DNA from: a virus | Taxonomy: Duplodnaviria; Caudoviricetes | DNA: 45,404 nucleotides | Reading direction: 5' to 3' (one strand) | IMG/VR virus record: IMGVR_UViG_3300031227_000097 | Location: 1-45,404 of that record | In this document: positions 17,794 to 26,378 of the stretch, piece after piece | Numbering within the stretch: position 1 is the stretch's first letter | How the letters are laid out: each line of letters begins with the position of its first letter | Made by a program: the position numbers and the translations under genes | Notes under the pieces: model-generated | What the model was told of the DNA's origin: nothing | Database searches by the model: none | What the model saw: the letters and a program-made list of their open reading frames with translations, nothing else

Positions 17794-17970
17794 ATGAAAA
17801 TCGAAACAGACCAAACTAAAACGAGAGGTGTAGTCTCATTTTACCCAGAAACTAAAAAGGAAAGAAAATTAATTCTTAAACTTTATGATTTAATAAGAAA
17901 CTCTCCGAATGTTCAGTTTAATTTTAAAAATAATAGTGAGTTTATGCAATTAACTATTTTTAGAACATAG
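17794..17970 (+). CDS. Small AT-rich inserted ORF (58 aa, not in ORF track)
   Basis: MKIETDQTKTRGVVSFYPETKKERKLILKLYDL...; its stop abuts ATG 17971. Confidence 0.5.
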   Translation: MKIETDQTKTRGVVSFYPETKKERKLILKLYDLIRNSPNVQFNFKNNSEFMQLTIFRT

Positions 17971-18435
17971 ATGGCACAACAGATATCTAAAATAGCAACC
18001 GTACTTGAGCCTGAACTTAACCTCTTAGTTAAGAATATCGGGAATAAGAATACCTATTACGGTAATAGAATTTCGCCTTCGATCATGCGTATGTTTCACG
18101 TAGAGCTAAGGAGTGACGGGGCGGGAGTGGTAGTACCCTATTGGATTCCTGTACTTCAGCGAGGACGAGGACCGAGACGAAGCTCTAGGAGTCATGGTTT
18201 ATGGAAGAAGATATACAAGTGGATGGCAAGGAATAATATGTTTAAATCATCTACTGCTAAAGGAAGGACAAATGAGGCTAAACGTATGACATGGTATATT
18301 AACAAGCACGGTAATCAGCAGTTTCGGAGCAAGGTGTTTCTTGATATCTATGAGAGTGAGACGAAGAAAACTATCAGGAGGATAGATCAGAAATATAGTT
18401 TATTAATCGGGAAGATAACAAGTGATATATTATGA
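17971..18435 (+). CDS. Putative tail completion / neck protein
   Basis: Basic; YW..LQRGRGP...IYKWM...INKHG pattern seen in neck proteins. Confidence 0.55.
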   Translation: MAQQISKIATVLEPELNLLVKNIGNKNTYYGNRISPSIMRMFHVELRSDGAGVVVPYWIPVLQRGRGPRRSSRSHGLWKKIYKWMARNNMFKSSTAKGRTNEAKRMTWYINKHGNQQFRSKVFLDIYESETKKTIRRIDQKYSLLIGKITSDIL

Positions 18436-18698
18436 AACTAGCAATAGGTGAAATGGATGCTTTTTATCAGCAGTATAAGGCGGATGCACAGGACGGATTT
18501 GTTTCAAATATTAAGCAGTATGTTGAAAGTAAACTGAAAGGACTCCCGGAAGAGGATATTGAAGAGATTGTAAAAGAATTAGAGCAAAAGCTAATTGATG
18601 ATAATTATGTGAAGTATGCTTGCCTTTGCTCTAGTTGTGGGAAGGAATTCAAGTCGTCTGTTAAAAATGCTGACGTATGCCCATCATGTTATATTTAA
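18432..18698 (+). CDS. Small Zn-ribbon moron
   Basis: CSSC...CPSC; flanked by ATATTATGA at 18427-18435 and 18698-18706. Confidence 0.65.
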   Translation: MKLAIGEMDAFYQQYKADAQDGFVSNIKQYVESKLKGLPEEDIEEIVKELEQKLIDDNYVKYACLCSSCGKEFKSSVKNADVCPSCYI

Positions 18699-18702
18699 TA
18701 TT

Positions 18703-19674
18703 ATGATAACACTAATAAGCACACCAGAATATGCCGAGCCTACTGATCCGTCTGTGATATCGAGATGGTTGGCAACGGAGAGTCCTAATGATTTCCGGCT
18801 CTTAAGAAGGGATTGGATAGTCGGCACTCCTGTTGATGCCGGAGGATTCCTTCAGATAACCTGTACGGAGGATTACACTGGGACGGACGAGAACGTAATA
18901 GCTATCTATGATGCTAATACCGAGGCTATGCTAGTCGGTACTATCACTAATGTAGATGGAGGGCTGAGAGACCTGATAACAGATATCGTTTATGTAGCCG
19001 GTGTTGATCCTGCTTATATGAATGACAATACTCTTTACGGAGGCTATTACTTTGAGGGACGGTTAACGATTAATGATGTTCTCTATGATCTTACGATAGT
19101 TGCTTCTCCTAATTCCTTTGGCTATGCTAATCTTGATGTATCAGGTATTCTTCGTATCGTTACTTCTCTTGGTAAGGTTGGTGATTACACCGAAAGGATA
19201 ATGAAGGAACCTACTAAGTCAGGTAAGTTTAATTTCGAGTACAGGGAGTGTTGGTATGGAAGTGATAATGAATGGGAAGGGCATATCGTTACCTCACCCG
19301 AAGCCTCCCCTGCTATTCTGGTCGATTGGTATTACGCTGAGAGTGTAAGGAGTGAGGAGCAGGGATCGAACCTACATGATTTTGTCCCCTCTGAGATTAA
19401 TGATGCTCCGTTCTTTAATCTGTTCGATCAGCCAGTTTACTTTTTAGGATTACCGTTTGATCTTTCCTTTATCCTCCCTGCTATGGCAGAGGTCAGCCCG
19501 GAGAGCGAGTTAACTGTTACGATTAATATATATGATTCAAATAACCTTCTGCTCGATACCGTTACAGAGCAGATCCCTATTGATGAACTTAGTGGATTCA
19601 TTAACTCTCTTAATATTGATGAGACTACAATCCCTGAGGGAGCAGCTCACATGACAGCAGAAATAACTACTTAG
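18703..19674 (+). CDS. Putative tail structural protein
   Basis: Acidic, beta-rich; probable start 18703 (MITLISTPEY). Confidence 0.6.
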   Translation: MITLISTPEYAEPTDPSVISRWLATESPNDFRLLRRDWIVGTPVDAGGFLQITCTEDYTGTDENVIAIYDANTEAMLVGTITNVDGGLRDLITDIVYVAGVDPAYMNDNTLYGGYYFEGRLTINDVLYDLTIVASPNSFGYANLDVSGILRIVTSLGKVGDYTERIMKEPTKSGKFNFEYRECWYGSDNEWEGHIVTSPEASPAILVDWYYAESVRSEEQGSNLHDFVPSEINDAPFFNLFDQPVYFLGLPFDLSFILPAMAEVSPESELTVTINIYDSNNLLLDTVTEQIPIDELSGFINSLNIDETTIPEGAAHMTAEITT

Positions 19675-20097
19675 TAAATATTAATTAAATCAACCATTAT
19701 GAATTTTACAGAAGTAAAAATTAGTATTGAATACGATCAGAGATTAAGGATATATCGTATTTGGTTATTTAAAGATGAACCACAACATTCCATTAATTAC
19801 AGTTTTGATAATGATGGAGAAATTATTGAGACTCAATTAAGTTATGGTAAAATGAATCCTAAGGTTAAGCCATTTATGGAGTTGAATTATCAAATTGCTA
19901 ATTTACTATTTGCGAAAATTGTAGATTATCAAATGAATATGGGACATAAAACTCCTGATGTAAATAAAATAGAAGGAAAGCTAATTGCAACAGAAAATCA
20001 TTTAAAAGATTTGCAGGGATTTGTAAATTGGTTTAAGGAATCAGGTAAAATAAGAATTGAATAAATAATAATAAATAACAGCAGAAATAACTACTTA
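19654..20097. repeat. 20-bp direct repeat ACAGCAGAAATAACTACTTA flanking the 121-aa moron
   Basis: Copies at 19654-19673 and 20078-20097. Confidence 0.9.
19699..20064 (+). CDS. AT-rich moron, hypothetical protein
   Basis: 121 aa between 20-bp direct repeats; KLIATENHLKDL. Confidence 0.7.
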   Translation: MNFTEVKISIEYDQRLRIYRIWLFKDEPQHSINYSFDNDGEIIETQLSYGKMNPKVKPFMELNYQIANLLFAKIVDYQMNMGHKTPDVNKIEGKLIATENHLKDLQGFVNWFKESGKIRIE

Positions 20098-20100
20098 ATA

Positions 20101-21558
20101 ATGGGATGGGGAAGAGACATATATGAACTAGTAAGAATACCTATTAATAGGCCATGTAAAGGATACTATTTGAGATGGTATTACAATGGATGGCATTACT
20201 GGTTCTTTCTCCCCGGGCAGTATTCAGTAGTTACAGAGGGGGAGGCATATCGAACTATCGGAACCCGTACTATTATGATGGGATCGGGACAGATAGACAG
20301 AGGACAGGCACAGGCCATTCGTACTATAATGAATACCCGGGAAGTCTATCTCTTAACTATGGCCGGATGGATGAATATAAGACTTACACCCGGATCACTC
20401 GTGGTTTATGATAACCGACAGGAGGGAGTTGATATTGAGTTTGAAGCTACTATCGGAAGTAAAGAGGTTTCTTATGATACAGGATTCACACCTGTTCCCG
20501 GGGATGGCTCGTTGCCTGAGATTCCTGTCGTACCGACATCGATCGACTATTGTGAAAGGACGATAGGCACTCAGATTTGGATGTGTAAGAATTGGGATTC
20601 TGCCTTTCCCGGTTCAAAAGTCTATAATAATAATGAAGAGAATAGGACAATATACGGAGGGTTATATACATGGATTATGATAATGAGTCCCGGCTTTTGT
20701 CCTGTTGGTTGGCACGTACCTTTTGAGGCAGAGTGGCAGACTCTATTAGATTACTGTGGCGGGGATGCTTTGGCAGGAGGTGTTCTAAAAGAGGTAGGAT
20801 TCGATCATTGGTTCCCTCCGAACACCGGAGCGGTTGACACTTATTTATTCTCACAACTAGGTACAGGATATTACAGTATTGTTGGGGCAGGCGCATTCAG
20901 ACAGATGCATGAATACGGAAGGGCATGGACAGATGATGACGGTACTGATCCTTTATTTGCAAGGTATGTACGATTTGCTTACGATTCAGCAGCAGCAGCA
21001 TGGTTTCAACAATCTAAGAATTATTACCTTCCTGTAAGGTTGATAAAAGATACTCCTGCACCACCTACAAATGACAGAGTTATTGGGACTCAGACATGGA
21101 AGTCAATAAACGTTGATGATAATATAGCAGGGAGTAGGGTCTATAATGATAATGAAGCTAATCGTCCTGTCTATGGAGGTCAATATGATTGGAGTATGAT
21201 AGCAGCTATCGAAGCATTGCATCCGGGTTATCATGTACCAACTAAAGCTGAGTGGGATATTTTGATAGCCTTTTGCGGAGGCGCAGGATTGACCGGAGGT
21301 GTTCTAAAAGAAATAGGGATAGTACACTGGGACGCACCAAATACAGGGGCTGTTGATACTCATGAATTCACAGCATTGCCCGGAGGTATTTACACAGGTG
21401 TATATCAGTTAATAAATACAGATGCTTATTTCTGGACAGCTACCGCATCGGGTGCTCCAGATGCTTATGCTTATGGAATGGAACATAATTCAGATAATAT
21501 ACTTAATTATAACGATACAAAAGCATCCTTTTTGTCAGTACGATTAATAAAAGACTAA
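20101..21558 (+). CDS. Tail protein: YLRW domain plus two Fib_succ_major-like (C-type-lectin-fold) domains
   Basis: Two units of IGTQxW...YGGxYxW...GxHVP..AEW...GGVLKE...VRLIKD joined by a TPAPPT linker. Confidence 0.8.
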   Translation: MGWGRDIYELVRIPINRPCKGYYLRWYYNGWHYWFFLPGQYSVVTEGEAYRTIGTRTIMMGSGQIDRGQAQAIRTIMNTREVYLLTMAGWMNIRLTPGSLVVYDNRQEGVDIEFEATIGSKEVSYDTGFTPVPGDGSLPEIPVVPTSIDYCERTIGTQIWMCKNWDSAFPGSKVYNNNEENRTIYGGLYTWIMIMSPGFCPVGWHVPFEAEWQTLLDYCGGDALAGGVLKEVGFDHWFPPNTGAVDTYLFSQLGTGYYSIVGAGAFRQMHEYGRAWTDDDGTDPLFARYVRFAYDSAAAAWFQQSKNYYLPVRLIKDTPAPPTNDRVIGTQTWKSINVDDNIAGSRVYNDNEANRPVYGGQYDWSMIAAIEALHPGYHVPTKAEWDILIAFCGGAGLTGGVLKEIGIVHWDAPNTGAVDTHEFTALPGGIYTGVYQLINTDAYFWTATASGAPDAYAYGMEHNSDNILNYNDTKASFLSVRLIKD

Positions 21559-21606
21559 TGATAGAAATACTACAAATATCGACAAATATTTATTATCTTT
21601 AAGAAT

Positions 21607-22233
21607 ATGAGAATCAGTGGAATATATAAAATACAATCAAGAATAAAGCCGGAAAGGTGTTATATAGGTAGTGCAATATATATTCATCATAGATGGACTG
21701 ACCATTTACGTGATTTAAAAAAGGGGACGCACCATTCTAAGAAACTCCAAAACCATTATAATAAATATGGAGAATCAGATTTGCAATTTTCTATACTACT
21801 TGGATGTCCTAAAGAAGATTTAATAAAGACAGAACAATATTTTATTGATTCATATAATCCATATTTTAATATTTGCAAAATTGCAGGGAGTATGTTAGGC
21901 TATAAATTTTCTAAAGAAGCCTGCAAAAGGAACAGTGAAACACATAAAGGATTAAAGCGAACGGATGAAGTAAAAAAGAAAATGAGTGAATCAATGAAGG
22001 GTAAAAAGAAAACTCCTCGTGATCCAAAATATGCCAAGAAAATAGGTGATTTAAATAGAGGGAAAAAAGTCAGCAAAGAAACCAGACTCAAAATGAGCAA
22101 GTCTCATATAGGTAAAAATACATGGCAAAAAGGGAGGAGACTTTCAGAAGAGACAAAGAAAAAAATAAGTGAATCTCATATGGGACATAAAGACAGGAAA
22201 CTTAAACAACTTAGAGAATCATGTCAGAATTAG
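21607..22233 (+). CDS. Free-standing GIY-YIG homing endonuclease with NUMOD3-like repeats
   Basis: SGIYKI...CYIGSA...RW..H; repeated S-E-T-K-K-K-(I/M)-S-x-S-H-x-G-like units. Confidence 0.9.
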   Translation: MRISGIYKIQSRIKPERCYIGSAIYIHHRWTDHLRDLKKGTHHSKKLQNHYNKYGESDLQFSILLGCPKEDLIKTEQYFIDSYNPYFNICKIAGSMLGYKFSKEACKRNSETHKGLKRTDEVKKKMSESMKGKKKTPRDPKYAKKIGDLNRGKKVSKETRLKMSKSHIGKNTWQKGRRLSEETKKKISESHMGHKDRKLKQLRESCQN

Positions 22234-22508
22234 CAGAGATATTAAAAATTGCACTAATCGCTTTTATGTTCTCTGCAATCAGTCAGGGAGAAAAGACTAT
22301 CCTTCACTGGTACGATAGCCTGATTATCAAATTGCCTTGGTGGCTATATATGCCACTCGGAGGATGCTATCGCTGTTTTGTAGGGCAGGCATGCTTATGG
22401 TATTTTATAATTACCAAGCCATTCAATATTGTTGAATTAGGGTTCTTTATCTCAGCAGGTATTCTATCTTCAATGATTTATAATAAAATTTACTGTTATT
22501 TAAAATGA
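22221..22508 (+). CDS. Small membrane protein with CxxC (DUF1360-like)
   Basis: Hydrophobic segments; LGGCYRCF. Confidence 0.55.
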   Translation: MSELAEILKIALIAFMFSAISQGEKTILHWYDSLIIKLPWWLYMPLGGCYRCFVGQACLWYFIITKPFNIVELGFFISAGILSSMIYNKIYCYLK

Positions 22509-25500
22509 TATATTACGTTTCACCGACAGGAAATGATGCAGGAGCAGGGACGATTGGCGATCCTTGGTTAACTTGGGCGAAGGCATTTAATAGCGGTGTA
22601 GTTATTCCCGGAGATACGGTATATTTTCGTGGAGGTAATTATCTACTATCTGTTACTGATGGGACGGGTATCGGTTCAATAGATGATGGCACGTTAGGGA
22701 ATTTAATTTACTATTGGGCATATCCGGGGGAGACACCTGTTCTTGATTGTAGTTCCGTTGTGTCTAATGATGGAAGGACACCCCCTCATGTTTATGCTAT
22801 TAATGCAAATGCATCATATTGTCATTTTAAAGGACTTACTATAAAGGATTTATCGGAACAAGATACGCCTGTTGATTATAATTATGGTGATGATGTGATA
22901 ACGTGGAAGAATGGGGGTAGCTATACCACGTTTGAAAATTGTATTGTACATGGTATTGGAGGCAAAGGATATTATAACACAGGCGATTCAGTAACTTATA
23001 GAAATTGTGATGCTTACAATTGCATAGGCAATCTAGCACCAAGATTTGGTGCTGCGGGCGAACGTGGAACTGGATTCTATACAAATAATAATAATGATAG
23101 TTTAAATACACATTACTTTGGATGCCGGGCATGGAATAATTCTGATCAGGGATGGGCGCATTACGATACTGGCTATGTTGAAATAGATACCTGTTGGTCT
23201 TTTAATAATGGTTCTTTAGGGGCAAGTGGTAGCGGTTTTAAATTAGGTTACACTCCATTAGGCGGCTCTGAACCAACTGTAAGAAGATTATTAAAAAATT
23301 CAATAGCTGCGTGTAACAGATATGTTGGTGTTAACATGAATGATAGTGGAAAAGAGGCCCAGTGGGTAAATGTATATAATAATTTTTCGTATCACAACGG
23401 TCATTACCCTGCGAAACCAGCTTGGGGATGGGGATTTGCTCTTTGGGAAACTACTTCTTCAGAGGCAGAACAGAAAGAAAGATTTTTTAAAAACAATATA
23501 GCTTATGATAATGCTATTGCTGACGTATTAATAGGGATCGGGACTGTACATTATACACATGAATATAATTCATGGGATATACCTGTTATTTTATCAGATA
23601 GTGATTTCCTCTCCCTCGATTGTACGGAACTTGAAAGGCCACGTAAATCAGATGGCTCACTGCCTGATATAGATTTTGGGAAGCCTGTAGAAAGTTCTCC
23701 GGCAGTTGGAGCAGGGATAGATTTAGGACTTCTTTTGGACGGAGCAGGGTTATTATGGAGATTAATTCCGGCTATTGGAGCATTTGAATATTACGCTACT
23801 GCTCCTCCTTATCCTCCAGCTCCAACACCGACAGAGGGATTAAGGATAGGAGCAATAAAAATAAATATATCAAGATGTGCCGTAGGAGTCTATCTCAGAT
23901 GGTATTTTAATGGTTGGCATTACTTTAACTTCACGAACGGATATGAGATTATAATGAGAACCGAGAGCATGGGCACTCAGGTTACTCGTTTTTTCTCTGT
24001 GATATCTAAGGTAGAAAGACCGACACGACTAAAGGCAGAATATCTTTATAAGATAACAGTCGAGGGAATAGCACCTCAGAACATAGGAGGCTTTACAGGT
24101 CTGATAATGGCAGAGAAGGTTGAGCAGTACGAGGATAGCGTATGGCGGGAGGTCGAGGTTTCCAGAGGATCGCACACAATAAGAAGCGCAGGAGAGCAGG
24201 GATTTGAGATTAACTTCGAGGTATATCGTAAGGAGTTACCAGAAAGTTCAGCAGTATTTCTAAAGTCTCTGGAGCTATATCTAGGAGATACGCTATGCGA
24301 TATGGATGATAGTGAGATAGTACCTATTAACAAACAGACGAATGATATAGCAGAGATGCAGGATAGGCAGTCTGATTTCACAGCTCAGTTCAGGATAAGA
24401 AAGACGAGAGCCATGAGAGCCTTATTTGAACTATCCGGGGAGGTTGGAGCGAGTACCGATTTTCCATTCATAGAGCATGAATGTAAATTGATACAGGATC
24501 ATATCGAGATAATAACAGGAGGGTTATTGATATTAAAAAAAGGTAGTGATCAGTATTATAATGCTACAATCCTTTCTGGCAATAAGAACTTCTTTAAGGC
24601 TATTGAATTACTTAAGCTGAACGATCTTACTCTGGCCGGAGCAGATCACACATGGGATGTAGCTACTATGGCAGGGACTCACGCTGCTAATCTGGATTAT
24701 GTCTATCCTCTATTAGAGCCTTCCGATGATGGCGGCATAACACCTATCTCTGACGATGGCGATAGAGTAGATATGTATGGAGGTTGGATATGGCCATTTA
24801 TTAATGTTAAGACTATCTGGGATGAGATATTTTCTGATGCCGGATATATATGTGAGGGTGATATCTTAACGAATGAGACATTTACAAAGCTGCATATCCC
24901 TATCTCAAGCAGATCAGTGACGAAGGGTTACGCTGATCGGTGGCTTTACTCTATGTGGTGGGATGGGGCTTTTACCCCTGATAATGGAGATGTATTAGGA
25001 CTTGATGAATTTTTAGGTACGGTATTAGTTAATGGAACTTACGTATTCCATCGAGGCTTTTATATCACTCAGTTCGATGCTGATTATAAGATATTCGTTT
25101 CGGCAATATCCGGATTTACTGCCTTTGATCCTTTTGCCGTACTCACTGTATATTTAGATGGCGCACCGCAAGATGTCATGCTAATCACATCATCTGGGTT
25201 GGCCGTCCAGAATTACGAATATACAGTAACAGCTACTGCCGGACAGACAATAGCGATAGTAACTAATCAAGCATATTACAGGTTTTGGAGTTTGAGAATA
25301 GTTGAAATAGTTAACCCATTAATCGGGTATAGCTCAACGGTTGAAGCTCGTAATCATATCCCGGCCATGAGCCAGACGGATTTCATTAAGACAATCTGTA
25401 ATATGTTTGGCCTTATCCCTGATGTTACACCCCGGGATCGTAAGATAAGATTTTGGAATTATCTGGAGCTATACGAAAATATATTTAAAGCAAGAGACTG

Positions 25501-26161
25501 GTCAGCCTATCTATCCGAGAGGGACGATGAGACAGAATTTAAGTACGGGGATTATGCCCGGGACAACTACTTACGTTATAGGGAGTCTGAGGACGTTATT
25601 AACGACACAGGGACAGGCTCGATGCAGATAGATGATACTACCCTCCCGGCAGAAAGGGATGTCGTAGAACTGCCCCTATCAACGGCAGACGAGGTAATAA
25701 TATTGGATAACATATTTCCGGTTAACGTTTCGAGGATAGCAATGAACAAATATGATATTGATGATAGTGAGTATATTGGTGAGAAAACAATCGATCCGAG
25801 AATTGTTTATGTGGATCATATCAGGGATGTTGCTTCTCCTGCGTATGAAAAGACTATGGGACTCAGGGCAACGGTAGCTCCGGGAGCGACTACTGATGTA
25901 GATTCTCCTAAAAAATCAACCTCAATAGATGTATCATTCGCATCGTTGGTTATTAGTAATCCCGGCTATGCAGGGCTCTCAAGGTTATTAACAAAAACGA
26001 ATCTGCGGAGGGCGAAATTTAATCTTCCTGTCTATGAAGTGGCTGGGTTAAAGCATTATATACCTATCTATCTGAGCCAGTATAAGGCGTATTTTTATGT
26101 TAATAAGATTAATAATTACGTACCGGGGAAACTCTGTACGATTGAATTAATAAAACTTTAG
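22505..26161 (+). CDS. Large tail-tip fusion: pectate-lyase-like (PL9/DUF1565) beta-helix + YLRW domain + tail hub
   Basis: YYVSPTGNDAGAGTIGDPW, PGDTVYFRGG.Y, CRAWNNSDQG, GSGFKLG; PPYPPAPTP linker; QTNDIAEMQDRQSDFT; YFYVNKINNY..G....ELIKL end. Confidence 0.8.
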   Translation: MIYYVSPTGNDAGAGTIGDPWLTWAKAFNSGVVIPGDTVYFRGGNYLLSVTDGTGIGSIDDGTLGNLIYYWAYPGETPVLDCSSVVSNDGRTPPHVYAINANASYCHFKGLTIKDLSEQDTPVDYNYGDDVITWKNGGSYTTFENCIVHGIGGKGYYNTGDSVTYRNCDAYNCIGNLAPRFGAAGERGTGFYTNNNNDSLNTHYFGCRAWNNSDQGWAHYDTGYVEIDTCWSFNNGSLGASGSGFKLGYTPLGGSEPTVRRLLKNSIAACNRYVGVNMNDSGKEAQWVNVYNNFSYHNGHYPAKPAWGWGFALWETTSSEAEQKERFFKNNIAYDNAIADVLIGIGTVHYTHEYNSWDIPVILSDSDFLSLDCTELERPRKSDGSLPDIDFGKPVESSPAVGAGIDLGLLLDGAGLLWRLIPAIGAFEYYATAPPYPPAPTPTEGLRIGAIKINISRCAVGVYLRWYFNGWHYFNFTNGYEIIMRTESMGTQVTRFFSVISKVERPTRLKAEYLYKITVEGIAPQNIGGFTGLIMAEKVEQYEDSVWREVEVSRGSHTIRSAGEQGFEINFEVYRKELPESSAVFLKSLELYLGDTLCDMDDSEIVPINKQTNDIAEMQDRQSDFTAQFRIRKTRAMRALFELSGEVGASTDFPFIEHECKLIQDHIEIITGGLLILKKGSDQYYNATILSGNKNFFKAIELLKLNDLTLAGADHTWDVATMAGTHAANLDYVYPLLEPSDDGGITPISDDGDRVDMYGGWIWPFINVKTIWDEIFSDAGYICEGDILTNETFTKLHIPISSRSVTKGYADRWLYSMWWDGAFTPDNGDVLGLDEFLGTVLVNGTYVFHRGFYITQFDADYKIFVSAISGFTAFDPFAVLTVYLDGAPQDVMLITSSGLAVQNYEYTVTATAGQTIAIVTNQAYYRFWSLRIVEIVNPLIGYSSTVEARNHIPAMSQTDFIKTICNMFGLIPDVTPRDRKIRFWNYLELYENIFKARDWSAYLSERDDETEFKYGDYARDNYLRYRESEDVINDTGTGSMQIDDTTLPAERDVVELPLSTADEVIILDNIFPVNVSRIAMNKYDIDDSEYIGEKTIDPRIVYVDHIRDVASPAYEKTMGLRATVAPGATTDVDSPKKSTSIDVSFASLVISNPGYAGLSRLLTKTNLRRAKFNLPVYEVAGLKHYIPIYLSQYKAYFYVNKINNYVPGKLCTIELIKL

Positions 26162-26378
26162 TCATGGAAACGACAGAAATTAAAAAAAGGAAGGATGAAC
26201 TCTTTAAAATCATAGCGAATGCCAATGAAGAGTTAGAAAAATTAAGGAAAGAGTGTAATCATGAGAAAACCTTTATTGGGGTATGGCAATGGGGCCCGGG
26301 ACATACCTTTAATGCGAAAATATGTAATATTTGTGGAGAATGCTTAGAAAATTTAGATATATAAAACTTTAGTCATGG
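26150..26378. repeat. 18-bp direct repeat ATAAAACTTTAGTCATGG flanking the 66-aa moron
   Basis: Copies at 26150-26167 and 26361-26378. Confidence 0.9.
26164..26364 (+). CDS. Small coiled-coil + Zn-binding moron
   Basis: ECNH...CNICG; lies between 18-bp direct repeats. Confidence 0.7.
   Translation: METTEIKKRKDELFKIIANANEELEKLRKECNHEKTFIGVWQWGPGHTFNAKICNICGECLENLDI

Noticed and set aside
20101-22233. Complete diversity-generating retroelement
   Set aside because: No reverse transcriptase motif in any ORF and no adenine-variant template repeat; the adjacent gene is a GIY-YIG nuclease
21607-22233. Group I intron around the GIY-YIG gene (or around HNH-AP2)
   Set aside because: Flanking genes are intact and there is too little non-coding sequence for a ribozyme core
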